Notes: generated by a model not told the origin, from the letters alone. A DNA stretch of 49,852 nucleotides from Octopus bimaculoides (GCF_001194135.2 NC_068990.1:28508315-28558166); one strand, 5' to 3'. Positions 1 through 10,914 are shown, counted from the stretch's first letter. Program-made: numbers and translations.

Positions 1-135
1 CGCCCGGTGTGCTAACGTTTCTTATTTCTCTACTGCCCACAAGGGGCTAGACACTGAGAGGACAAACAAAGACAGACAAACGGATTAAGTCGATTATATA
101 GACCCCAGTGCTAACGTTTCGGCCAGCTTGCCACC
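1..135 (-). mobile_element. SINE family A, dimeric variant, internally deleted first unit, cut by window start
   Basis: The reverse complement reads GGTGGCAAGCTGGCCGAAACGTTAGCAC joined to TGGGGTCTATATAATCGACTTAATCC, then the linker, then GAAACGTTAGCACACCGGGCG. Same layout as 13178-13585. Confidence 0.8.
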
Positions 136-647
136 TTGCCGAAAAAAAAATCTATGGTGAAGCCAAGGAGAAAATATAGAAAAAATGTGTTGGTGTGAGA
201 AAATTATTAAAATAATTAACAGAATCACATAATTTAGATGGGGAACGAGGGAAGTATTGTAGACAGCGACGTCGACAGATCGAATTGATCTCGAGGCGTC
301 GAGGATATTGAGATCTTCCTCTTAGCGTGAAACATTATTCTTAGGTGTGTAATGCAAATCTCGATAAACAGGTGTGAGAAGGGCAGCCGATGTTTCAATA
401 TGCTATTCTGCACAGCGACGAAATTTCTGATGTTACGGATGCTGCTACAGATTTTAAACCCGTCACAAAGAGAAGAAAAAAAAGATCAAGAAGATAAATA
501 TATCTTTGATATAAGGAAATACTAATTCAGAAGACGTAATAAGCCACGGCATTTGATCGGTGGTTACCAATAGTAGATTCCCAACACTTTTATTTAAATC
601 GCTTTTCCCACTGATCCCTTTTAATATGCATATCTTTATGTATATAT

Positions 648-960
648 ACGACGGCGAGGGTTCCAATTGATCCAATCAACGGAACAGCCTGCTCCTGAAA
701 TTAACGTGCAAGTGGTTAACGTAGTTCTCGGGAGATCCAGCTTGACACAGAGTGTCACAAGGCTGGCCGTTTGAAATACAGGCAAAAGAGAAACAGGAAG
801 AAAGAGTGAGAGAAAGTTGTGGTGAAAGAGTACGGCAGGGTTCCCCACGCCACTCCCTGCCGGAGCTTCGTGGAGCTTTAAGTATTTTCGCTCAATAAAC
901 AATCACCACGCCTGATCTAGATCGAAACTACTGCCTTAACTACTGGGCTATTGCGCCTCC
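648..960 (-). mobile_element. SINE family C (C1 tail) with variant purine-rich body segment
   Basis: Matches the other C copies by eye (GGAACAGCCTGCTC-GAAATTAACGTGCAAGTGG, TCACAAGGCTGGCC, GATCGAAAC). Confidence 0.75.
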
Positions 961-1167
961 AGTATCATCACAAATAACCGATGAAAATGGTCCGAAAGTT
1001 TTAGCTCCGGCGTTTGAAACTTTGAGTTCTATTATGACAACTTACTCATTGTCCTATACTATATATATATATAAATTCCTCTATTTTCATAATACCGAGG
1101 TCTCGGTCTTTTGTTATCGTTTTATTATTATTAATTTATATATATGTATGAAATTTTGAATTTAATT

Positions 1168-1232
1168 CACAGACCCCCAGTACTATCTTTGCGGACTACC
1201 AGGGACCGCAGACCCCAAGTTGGACACCACTG
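1168..1232 (+). mobile_element. possible hAT-type non-autonomous transposon right end
   Basis: CAGACCCC...GGGACCGCAGACCCCAAGTTGGACACCACTG resembles hAT MITE termini from memory. No partner left end or TSD found. Confidence 0.3.
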
Positions 1233-1371
1233 GGTAGAATTATTCCACTGACTTAAAGTACAAAGACTAGAAATTCACCTGTGGGTTTACAGACATTTTT
1301 GATTCACAATGAAGAATTTTGATATTTCATCTCTGTATAAATGTTGCTTGGTTGATTGGTCGGATGATTCC

Positions 1372-1680
1372 TGGCACTCAATCGGTTACGACGACGAAGA
1401 TTCCAGTAGATTCGATCAGAGGAAAAACCTGTTCGTGAAATTAACGTACAAGTGACTAAGTGCTCCACAGACACGAGTCCTCTTCACGTAGTATGCAGGG
1501 AGTTCAGCGTGACAAAATGTAGGAAGGCTGGCCCGTTTGAATTACACGCACACCTAATTTTTTTTTTTTTTTTTCCGCTGAGTGAATCGGAGTAACGTGA
1601 AATAAATTATTTTGCTCGAGGACACTAGCTGCTGTCGGGGATCGAACTTATGACATTATGATCATGAGCCGAACACCCTA
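1372..1680 (-). mobile_element. SINE family C (C1 tail)
   Basis: TCGGTTACGACGACGA tail, GTGAAATTAACGT, AAGGCTGGCCC, GCTGAGTG and GGGATCGAAC head, matching the 23975 and 38050 copies in reverse. Confidence 0.75.
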
Positions 1681-1903
1681 ACCACAAAGCGCTGCACCTT
1701 TACGGTTTGTTGATTTCTCCAATCACATTTTACATCGGATAGGCAGAAGAGGAGAGTAGGTAACGAAGGGATACAGAGGGAAAGAGAAAACAAAAGAGAC
1801 GAAAGGGAAGTGCACATAACAGACTCGGTGGTAGGAGGAAGGGGAGGCTGTAAATGACAAAGCAGTGATACGAGGATTGCGAAAGAGGAATTTGATGAGA
1901 CGA

Positions 1904-2108
1904 GGGGAGCTGGCAGAAACGTTAGCGCGCCTTGCTTAGCGGTATTTCGTCTGTCTTTACGTTCTGAGTTCAAATTCCACCGAGGTCGACCTTGCATTTC
2001 ATCCTTTCGGGGTCGATAAGTTAAGTACCAGTTGCGTATTGGAGTCGATCTAATCGACTACTCCTCTCCCCAAATATTGTGGCCCCTGTACCTAGAGTAG
2101 AAAAAAAA
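1904..2108 (+). mobile_element. SINE family A
   Basis: tRNA-like head (AGCTGGCAGAAACGTTAG; B-box-like GAGTTCAAATTCC), body TTTCATCCTTTCGGGGTCGATAA, A-rich tail. Confidence 0.9.
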
Positions 2109-2434
2109 GAGAGAAATTTGTTTTATTTAATGGATACTTTTCTTTAGAAAATACTTTTGTATCAGCACCAAGGAATGTGATAAACGTTAAATTATAATTG
2201 TCCTGTGTCATATTTCCTGATATTGCCCTTGGCGGTAAAGTCTATTTGTCCGTCAAATGAAGGCTATGACATTGTCTAATTATTCTCATTAACAATTATT
2301 CTCATTCGAACATGTCTTTTGCTTCTGGTGAATTTAGCACAGAAGAGAACAAAGCCAAATTTAGGTTAAATTAAATTGAAGAGCATTCATATTTATATTG
2401 TAAAAATAATTAATACCAGCATATATTTCCTACT

Positions 2435-2645
2435 CGAGTCCTGTTAGGCTCATAAGGGCTGGTTTTTCGGTTTCAGTGGCGTCCATATTCCCTACCTGGA
2501 TGCGACGCTGGTCCGTCCAGGATTAATCAGTTTTGTCAGCTGAGTGAACTAGGGCAACATGAAATGAAGTGTTTTACGGGTCTAGGAATCGAAACAGCAA
2601 TCTTACGAGCATGAGTCCAACCTACTAAACCACGCGCCTTCACTA
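2435..2645 (-). mobile_element. SINE family C with alternative (C2) tail
   Basis: Reverse complement shares the C head and body (GTTTCGATTCC, CACTTCATTTCATGTTG, CACTCAGCTG). Its tail resembles the 47426 copy. Confidence 0.65.
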
Positions 2646-2843
2646 TAATAGCAACCTAAACAGTAATAATCACAAAAGGTAACATTCATCCCCACTTAAA
2701 TGTGGATATTGTATTGGAACACAGCATACTGCGTTATTTACCATGAGGGAACTTTTCATATTATCTTGTGGTCCCTATAAGCACTCGTGTTTATATCGTT
2801 GGCGAGAGATAGTCGCCTGCTACCATAGCTGCAACAGCTAGAT

Positions 2844-2905
2844 CACGTGCTTTCGACCTTCTTTAGTATTGTGAATGAGAAACGTGCGCGGCTTGCCGTA
2901 GCAAC
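2844..2905. promoter_or_regulatory. E-box (CACGTG) plus RFX X-box-like motif in a CpG-richer unique patch
   Basis: CACGTG at 2844-2849. CTTGCCGTAGCAAC at 2892-2905 matches the ideal X-box GTTGCCATGGCAAC at 11/14. Motif match only. Confidence 0.25.
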
Positions 2906-3470
2906 GCTTGCCTTGCCAGTGATACACAGAGAATCTCAGAGTCTATTCAGGCATTGATGTCACGAATAGCCTTATTAAATAAATGTTAACGACACAAGCA
3001 GTATTAATACCAAAAAGTAATATTTATCCGCACATAAAATTGGATGTTGAGTTAGAATACAAAATACTGCGATGTTTATCACTGAATCTGTTTCATCTTG
3101 ATCATTGTTTCGACTAAATATTGTTAACGACATGATTTTGAATGTAAACCATTACTTATTAACAATCTTTTGGAATAATTGAAGTTTAATCACTGACCAC
3201 ATTGATTAATCGCCCGTTCTATAAGTCACTAGTAATATTTAAAAAAAAAGGAATATCAGGAAACAATTTCATCTCCTTTGTATTTAGAGTTTCTCAAAAT
3301 AACTATTTGCTTTCATTGACTTATACACAAATCATTGTTTTGCGGAAATGTCATTTTAATCTTTATCCAGTTTTAATTAATCACATGATTTCATTGAGGA
3401 TAGGGATGCTATGTTGACATTTTAAACCAGGCTGGGAATCCAAAAATAATTTCAACGGCACATATTGTCC

Positions 3471-3474
<4 letters not shown>

Positions 3475-3541
<67 letters not shown>

Positions 3542-3543
3542 AA

Positions 3544-3576
<33 letters not shown>

Positions 3577-3620
3577 GCACACGAACACACACATACACAC
3601 AAACACACAAACACACAAAC
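3475..3620. repeat. compound (AG)n-(AC)n microsatellite
   Basis: Directly visible. Confidence 0.97.
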
Positions 3621-4379
3621 GAAGGTGTATGTTTCGAATATTAATCAGAACATAGGATTTCTAAGACTTTGTTTCATAATAATTACAAAAGCAATATCGG
3701 TATAGATTCTAATCTTCTAATCTTTTCCTTTTGTCCTTCTCAATAGACACAATTTGGCTTACGGAAACAATAGGATGGATTATTCGCCGGTGATGTATTT
3801 TATTGATCTCTATAATCATTTGTTCTTAATCATTAGTGTCCAATATACGTCACATTTTGCATTGTAAGAACAAGAAAGGCATATATTTAGATTTTATGAA
3901 CAACTCTACCTTCAAAGTGTGTTAGGAACAAAAATAGAGGCAATCTTTCCAAACCAGAAAGTTTCATTTGCCGACAGACAATTCTGTCATCTATAGCCTT
4001 AAGCAGCTTAATGATAAATCCACATCTTCCTCTGGAAACTATATCTCTCTCCTGTCTTTCCCCTTCTCCCTCTTTCCCTCTACCTTTCCCCTCTCTCTCT
4101 TATCGTGTAATTTTTTAAAGAACACCTAGGATTCCTTGAACTATAATACTTCTGCTTGTAGAAAGAAGTCACTCAAAATTATTGAAGCCACTTTAAATTC
4201 GCAGGAGTCTCAGAGAATTCATCGGTTCATTTGACGTTGGAAAAGAAGAATCCAAAATTGCCTGGTTCTTGCCTTCATACGAATGAGGAAGTCAATGAAA
4301 TTATCTTTACAATGAATGAAATGAGAAATAAGAAATGCTTGTAACAATGCAGAAAGTCTTTTAAAAAAACCTTATGCAA

Positions 4380-4775
4380 ACTCATATCATCAGAAGAATA
4401 CAGTCAAAGAAATGTCTATTTAAATAGATCTTCCCATTTTAGAAAAGCCCAGCGCTAGTACTTGCAGCCAGAAGTCCCTAAATTCTGCTGCTGTTGGTGT
4501 TGTAGGGGGGTTCACTGAGGATAGTGGTGTTAAGAACGATATTGACTGGTTGTAGATTGGCAGCAGCAGTGGAGAGGTCAGTTGTCCTTGGTCACCGCCA
4601 AGTAGGAAGCATTTTGTAATATATCTATAGAAGCCACCGGCCCAACTCTGACCGATCATTGGTTTTTCGGGTTAAGTCGTTGGATCAGAAATGTTTCTTT
4701 CATACGGAGATTTCCAGTATTCCTGTCCGAGATCAAACGCTCTTCTAACTTTGTAATGTAATCTTTTTATCCAAT
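4380..4775 (-). mobile_element. possible Penelope-like element 3' relic (GIY-YIG endonuclease tail)
   Basis: One minus frame reads KDYITKLEERLISDRNTGNLRMKETFLIQRLNPKNQ*, similar to Penelope endonuclease C-termini (xKE-xx-I-xx-L-x-P-x-L-N). A CTGATGA occurs downstream near 4387-4393. Short motif only. Confidence 0.3.
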
Positions 4776-4842
4776 TGAAGAAATATATGTAAAAGGTGAA
4801 GTGGGATGACGGCGACGAAAGGATAAAGAAAGACATTAATAA

Positions 4843-4875
4843 AGAGAGAGAGAGAGAGAGAGAGAGAAAGAGTGA
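4843..4875. repeat. (AG)n microsatellite
   Basis: Directly visible. Confidence 0.95.
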
Positions 4876-5034
4876 TTGAGAGGCAGATTGAGAGGGAGCG
4901 GGATTGTGAGTAATAGACATTTCGTTCACTTTGCTGTGAAAGTAGTAGGACAAAACTAGAAGTGAATTTGATTCTTGAGGTAGAAAGAAGCAAGGTCCAG
5001 GTCAACGTGAAGTAAATGTGGTTTAAGTAAGTGC

Positions 5035-5193
5035 AAGTGAGGCTGTGTGGTAAGAAGTCTGCTTCCCAGCAATATGGTCCCGTTTTCAGTCCCTCTGCGT
5101 GACACTTTGGGCAAGTGTTATCTACTATATCCTCGTCCAGGTCGATTAAAGCGTTGTGAATGGATTTGGTAGACGGAAACTAAAGGAAGGCCA

Positions 5194-5229
<36 letters not shown>

Positions 5230-5440
5230 ATACCTATGTTTGTTCCCATCACAGCTTGACAGGCGATTTTGGTGTGTTTACATCCCCGTAATATAGCGGT
5301 TTGACAAAAGAAAACGATAAAAATACATCAGGCTTCAAAGAAATAATAAGTACTGTTACTGATTCATTCAACTAAAATTTCTTCAAAGCGGTGCTGCAGC
5401 AGGGCCGCTGTCTAATGACTGAAACGAAGAAAAGATAAAA
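5035..5440 (+). mobile_element. SINE family B with internal (TG)n
   Basis: Head GTGTGGTAAGAAG-TGCTTCCCA, TTGGGCAAGTG, GGATTTGGTAGACGGAAACT, internal microsatellite, tail GCGGTGCTGCAGCAGGGCCGC...ATGACTGAAAC. Confidence 0.88.
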
Positions 5441-5617
5441 CATAAAATAACGAGTAGAGGATAAATCTATAAACAAATATTCCAGAAAAAAAACTATTTT
5501 GTATACAGTCGTACAGAGAATGGTAGCCATTTTCTGAGTTATATCAATGAAGATACTGAGAGCTAAGGTATTCAACACACCTATACTGAAAATAATGTAA
5601 ATATGCTAATTCCAGAA

Positions 5618-5783
5618 GGAGGTAAGCTGGCAGAACCGTTGGGACGCCGATTTCAAATTCTGTCGGGGTCGACTCTATCTTTCATCCTTTCGGGATGGAT
5701 AAGTAACAGTTGAATAATGGGATCGAAATCATCGGTTTACCACCTCCCCCGAAATTGCTGGCCCCGTATCAAAATGTGAAACC
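5618..5783 (+). mobile_element. SINE family A, internally deleted
   Basis: AGCTGGCAGAACCGTT head joined to TTCAAATTC, then CTTTCATCCTTTCGGG and the tail. Confidence 0.8.
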
Positions 5784-6776
5784 AACATTGTAGTTTCATG
5801 ACCACAATTTGCGAGACTACAGATTCATATAGTATACATTTTCAAGTAAACAAATGGCTCATCATTTCGTATTTTATCATATTATTTTGTCATTTGACAT
5901 GGGTTATAATTGCATGCAATGCTATTCACCTTATCTTGTGTTATCATAGAATTCGCTCAACTCTCATTATACATTTATTAAATTGCATATCATTAGACAT
6001 TATACATTCGTTCTTATTTCCAATTTGATTACGTTTAAACAAACGTTGTATGCTTGCATGAATAAATACATAAATTCATTTATAAAAGTTTATCATCTTT
6101 TTACTGAAATACACATATATTTGACTTCAAGTTTTAAAATTCTAACTCATTTCATTTCATGTGGCCCAGAATATCGAATTTCATTTCTTTTGAGGATGTC
6201 TATTGTCCTGTTAAATTTCTTTAGTATTGCTTCAAAAATCTCCATATGCAAGGTCAATGCAACACACGAGAGTTTAAGGTTTCTTCCAGACGTATTTCTA
6301 TTAAAAATACTCTATGAAACGTACCAGGTTTTTTTTTTCTGCCCAACTTATTGCGCCTCAAATGATTTTGTTTCTCGTAGTCATTGTAATACACTTCTAA
6401 GGAATTGGCTTCGTTTTAGAGCTTCTTTGATTCGTGGTCACATTTTCAAAACCTTGTGAAGACATTGCTTTTTACGCATCTTGCTATAATACTTCAACTG
6501 GGTTAATCTTCTTTCACAACCATTTCGTTTTGCTACATCTTTTACTTTCAATATCTTTTATGATTCGAAAATTACTATTTTTAAATCTCCCAACGTGAGA
6601 TATCCAGCAACAATACTTTGTAGTAAAGACTGTTTGCCAACATAAAATGGCAGTACTGGTTTAGGACGAATGTTGCTGTAAATTAGCCCCAGGAGGCATC
6701 GTCTCCAGCAGGCTATACGTCACTCTCTGTGGCTTTATAATTTGGAACAAGGGAATCTAGCACCCCCACTCAGCTC

Positions 6777-6824
6777 AAAACAATATCTGTGTTTCGCGAT
6801 TTCTGGGTTATTTCTCTTCATCAG
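6777..6824 (-). ncRNA. hammerhead-ribozyme-like motif (degenerate)
   Basis: Minus strand reads CTGATGA-A-GAGA-AATAACCCAGAAA-TCGC-GAAAC-ACAGATATTGTT. Both core halves are intact; stem II has 3 of 4 pairs; stem I not found. Confidence 0.4.
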
Positions 6825-7924
6825 CACAGAATAATATAAGATGTCTAGAGAATTCCAGTTTAAAAGTGATTGCATAATTCTATACTGTTTTATTGAAGAT
6901 ATATTTGCTCTTTTGTGATCCAAGTGTAACTCAGATTTACTAATGTGTAAAGAAAACACACTCAAACTAACTCAGAGTAACTCCCATAAACCAAGAGTAT
7001 TTGAGGGCAGCCTTCCGTAACGCTTGCACTGTTTTAACCTGCCGAGTAAAATAAGCACATGCTATTTTACGGAGTATATTACATGCATTTATAATTGTAA
7101 ATAATATATATAATTACCAGGCAGAGAGATAAGAATTCGTATGAATGTCTGTATAGAATATATCTCAAGATAATCTAGCGTGGTAAGACATCATTTTCAC
7201 CTTAGAAGACACAGACATATATCATTAAAGTATTTAACTTTAATATGCAAGATTACAATCTTAATTAATTGGTTTTAAATATGCTACTTTGTTTCTTTTT
7301 CTTATCAAATTTCTCTAAGTTTTCTCTCTTTTCATCATCTTATTTCGCTAATTTACTCATTACTCACTAAAAAATAGCTCCAGTTTCTCTTCAAATTTTT
7401 AAGACACAGTAATACACCGAGCGTAAGTGTTCTGTTCTTAGTTACGATAGTTCGTTTTCCGTCGTTGTTGGTTGAGAGAAATAATAATTATTTTGATATT
7501 ATCTCTGATTTTCTGTATATATCTCCTGTACATATGGAACATATAGGATATATTCAGGAACTAATTAACAACATACTTTCTTTTAGATTAAAACAAAACC
7601 ATTAAGTAAAATTCTAGAAATTGATTAAAGCATCCAATATATTCAATATTTTGTGAAATCTACAATTATATACAGACCAAAAACATTTCAAAATAAAAAT
7701 GTGAAATTGTCTTTGAAATGTGGATGTTCAACGTTTAGGAAGCCAAAACAAAGAAAGTTAGTCATCACTCGGAAGCGAGTATGTCATTATGTCTTTTAGT
7801 TTGTTTCGAGATTTCTCGTATTGTTTTCGGTACTTATGTTGTGGTGAGAAGACATAGACACGATCTCTGCCTTCCCAACCATGCACAAGCTGAAAATACA
7901 GGGTATTACTGTAACACGGTGATA

Positions 7925-8060
7925 GAAATGGCTTTCAGTTGAATAGAATGCGGAGTAATGTGCAACTATGTGCCCAAACCAAGAAAAAAATTTTCGTCCG
8001 ACCCAGGAATCGTACCAACGACCTTTATGATCGTGGGTCCAGCGATGTAACCTACAAGCC
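7925..8060 (-). mobile_element. SINE family C head fragment, degenerate
   Basis: CCCAGGAATCGTACC-ACGACCTTTATGATCGTGGGTCC is the reverse of the C head. Confidence 0.55.
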
Positions 8061-8124
8061 ATTCGACTTTATTCTTAAATATTCCCTAACAAAACGACAG
8101 GTCGGTACCTTTGATCTATTGCTT

Positions 8125-8525
8125 GTATTAGTCATCAGACCCTGCCCATTCTGGGGCACCGCCTCAAAGAAATTCTAGTAGAATGAATCAACTCCAGCAT
8201 GTATTTTTAAACCTAATATTTATTCTTTCGGTTTCTTTTACCGAACTGCTGTTACATGGATGTAAACAAATAAAAACCGGTTGTCAAATGGTGAGAGGGA
8301 CAAACACTGAAAAAAAGACACANNNNNNNNNNTATATATATATATATATGTATGTATATATATATACGACGGGATTCTTTCAGTTTCCGTCCACCAAATC
8401 TACTCAGGAGGCTTCAGTTTACACGAAGCTATAGTAGAAGATACTCGAGCAAGGTGAAACTTAGTGGGGCTAAACGAGTTCCATACGGATGGGTTGCCAA
8501 CTTGTTACCACACAGCTACGCATGC
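8125..8525 (-). mobile_element. SINE family B with internal (TA)n and gap
   Basis: CTTTCAGTTTCCGTCCACCAAATC, TTACCACACAGC, GGGGCACCGCC, all reverse of the B consensus. Confidence 0.85.
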
Positions 8526-8605
8526 GCCATCGTTTAATATTTATATATAGTATTTACAATTTGTCTGATATAAACATACAATATGTTTATTATTTAACAC
8601 CAAAA

Positions 8606-8817
8606 GGCGGCGAGCTGGTAGAATTGTTAGCACGCCGGGCGAAATGCTTACCAGCATTACGTTTGTCTTTACGTTCTGACTTCAAATTCCGCTGAGGTTG
8701 ACTTTGCTTTTCACCCTTTTGGCGTCGATAAATTGAGTACCAGTTGCGTAGTGAATCATCTAATCCACTGGTCCCCTCTCCAAAAATTCGGGCCTTGTGC
8801 CTAGAGTAGAAAAGCAT
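8606..8817 (+). mobile_element. SINE family A, full length
   Basis: GGCGGCGAGCTGGTAGAATTGTTAG...TTCAAATTCC...GGCCTTGTGCCTAGAGTAGAAAAG. Confidence 0.9.
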
Positions 8818-8837
8818 ATTTAACATTCCTAGGTGGA

Positions 8838-8988
8838 CTATGCGTGGCTGTGGGGTAAGACGCTGGCTGCCCAACCACATGGTTCTGGGTTCGGCGGCAA
8901 CTTGGGCAAGCGTGATTTCTGCTATAGCCGCAGGCTGATCAAAGCCTTATGAATGGATTCGGAAGACAGAAACTGAAAGAAGCCCGTC

Positions 8989-9034
<46 letters not shown>

Positions 9035-9262
9035 AGTTTTATGTGTCTGTCTTTGTTTTCCACTACAGTTCGACAACCAGGGTTGGTGTGTTTACGTCCC
9101 TGGAACTTAGCGGTTCTGCACAAGAGACCGATAGGGTAAGTACCAAGCAAAAAAATGAAACAAATAATAAGCAAAGGTTTCGAGTCATTCGACTAAAATT
9201 CTTCAAGGCGGTGCCCCAGCATGGCCGCAGTCTAATGATTGAAACCAGTAAAAGGGAAAAGA
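8838..9262 (+). mobile_element. SINE family B with internal (TA)n(GA)n
   Basis: CCCAACCACATGGTTCTGGGTTC, CTTGGGCAAG, GAAACTGAAAGAAGCCCGTC, GGCGGTGCCCCAGCATGGCCGCAGTC. Confidence 0.9.
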
Positions 9263-9377
9263 GTCCTTCAGCCGGAGAGTAAATCACAATAATTTCATGG
9301 ATTGTGCTGATCAGAACAATAATAATGTTTTTGAAATTGGAAACTAGTTAGGAATAACGGGGACACATATTTGCATG

Positions 9378-9544
9378 AACTACCAGAATGCCTTTTCGAG
9401 ACGTTTCATCAACTGAGAGGTGGGGCGAGCTTCGGTGAAAGAGTTCTTCACCTCGAAGGAAAAGAACTGGTATCAGGGTGGCATTAAAGAACTGGAAGAA
9501 AAGTGTCTTTAGACGGCTCAATACAGTGGCCTCTGCTTTGAATG
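9378..9544 (+). mobile_element. mariner transposase C-terminal fragment (left arm of inverted repeat)
   Basis: Translates SVKEFFTSKEKNWYQGGIKELEEKCL*TAQYSGLCFE, resembling mariner C-termini (V.EFF.SK...Y..GI..L.ERW). Confidence 0.8.
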
Positions 9545-9558
9545 TTTTGTTGTGTTAA

Positions 9559-9722
9559 TCGAATACATCGACCCTAGTGTTTCACTGGTACTTAATTTAT
9601 CGACCCCCGACAGGATGAAATGCAAAATCGAATTTAGTGGAATTTGAACTCAGATTGTAGCAGCGAACGAAATACTGCTAAACATTTCGCCCGGTGTGGA
9701 AACGATTCTTCTTACTCGCCGC
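9559..9722 (-). mobile_element. SINE family A
   Basis: CTGGTACTTAATTTATCGACCCC...GGATGAAA...GGAATTTGAACTCAG...ACTCGCCGC. Confidence 0.85.
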
Positions 9723-9790
9723 TTTATGAACTTCCATAATATGTTGGCTGTCTTAAGTATGATAAAGTATGGTATTATTATCTTATTGTG

Positions 9791-10017
9791 TTATATTGAG
9801 TGGAATGTTTTGCGCTATTTTGGTAACTTATTTGCTGTATTCTTCAAATGACAAAAAAAGTAGCCAACCATTCAAAGCAGAGGACATTGTATTGAGCCGT
9901 CTAAAGACACTTTTCTTCCAGTTCTTTAATGCCACCCTGATACCAGTTCTTTTCCTTCGAGGTGAAGAACTCTTTCACCGAAGCTCGCCCCACCTCTCAG
10001 TTGATGAAACGTCTCGA
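9791..10017 (-). mobile_element. mariner 3' end fragment (right arm of inverted repeat plus probable 3' terminus)
   Basis: Reverse complement of 9396-9544 with 2 mismatches in 149 bp. Continues on minus into AAAATAGCGCAAAACATTCCACTCAATATAA, a possible mariner terminus. Confidence 0.75.
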
Positions 10018-10038
10018 GCGTAGGATGTGAGCGCAAAT

Positions 10039-10241
10039 ATTCTTTTCTACTCCAGGCAAAAGGTCTGAAATTTTGGGGGAGGGGGCCCGTCGGTTAGATC
10101 GACACCAATATGCAACTAGTACAAAATTTATCGACCCCGAAAGGATGAAAAGCAAAGGTGACCTTGGCGGAATTCGAACTCAGAACGTAAAGACATTCGA
10201 AACACCGACTGGCGTGTAAACGTTTCTGCCAGCTCGCCGCC
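10039..10241 (-). mobile_element. SINE family A, full length
   Basis: TTCTGCCAGCTCGCCGCC head, GGCGGAATTCGAACTCAGAACGTAAAGAC, TTTATCGACCCCGAAAGGATGAAA. Confidence 0.9.
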
Positions 10242-10617
10242 TTGGATGCAACTTCGCCGCTCATCCCTTTGAATTCTATAAAATAAATCTCATTTGAGCA
10301 CTGAGGTTGATGCAATTGTATTAGCCCCTCCCCCAATTGCTGTCTTTTGCCAGAATTTGAAACTGTTATTATGTTAGTGTTATGAATTAAATCAGTGCAA
10401 GTTGCCTGTTTTAGGGTCCCCGAAATTTGTGGGAAGGAGAGTATTTTCAAATCGGAAATTTGACTTGAATGCTTACTACCGGGTACACTGCTCTAAAGCG
10501 CCTTCATCATAATACCGGTCAGAAGATCCGGCTCATGGGTTCATTCAATCTAGCCCCTCACCACCATCATTTACGCTATAGCGAGATTCGAACTCTTAAC
10601 GCAAAGCGCGGAAAAAT

Positions 10618-10654
10618 ATTACGCTAGGAAACCAATTACGCTAGGAAACCAATT
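10618..10654. repeat. 17-bp tandem duplication ATTACGCTAGGAAACCA x2
   Basis: Directly visible, exact. Confidence 0.95.
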
Positions 10655-10914
10655 TGATGTTCTTAAAATTCCATTAATTCTCTGCCTTGAATTGACGTGT
10701 TTATTGTGCTACAGAACGATGAAATTGAGTGTCTGTCTCGGCAGGACCTGAAGTGAGAGCACAGGAAGTCGGAAGAAATTCCGTGGAGCATTCAGACAGA
10801 AGCTTGGACGACTGTAGTAACTCGACAATTCTAGATGAATGCTCATCAAAATAATTATCGTTTAACTCGGAAAGGCACAGACAAGTTCATAACTATACAC
10901 GCATATACAGTTAT

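Noticed and set aside
390-495. Short ORF MFQYAILHSDEISDVTDAATDFKPVTKRRKKRSRR* with a basic NLS-like end
   Set aside because: Only 35 codons with stops in all frames after it. It could be a LINE ORF1 relic, but there is no supporting motif.
5983-6459. 158-aa plus-strand ORF and protein-like minus-strand snippets (e.g. INPVEVL*Q resembling Tc1 LNPIE)
   Set aside because: AT-rich composition with no coherent motif series, no TIRs and no consistent splice sites.
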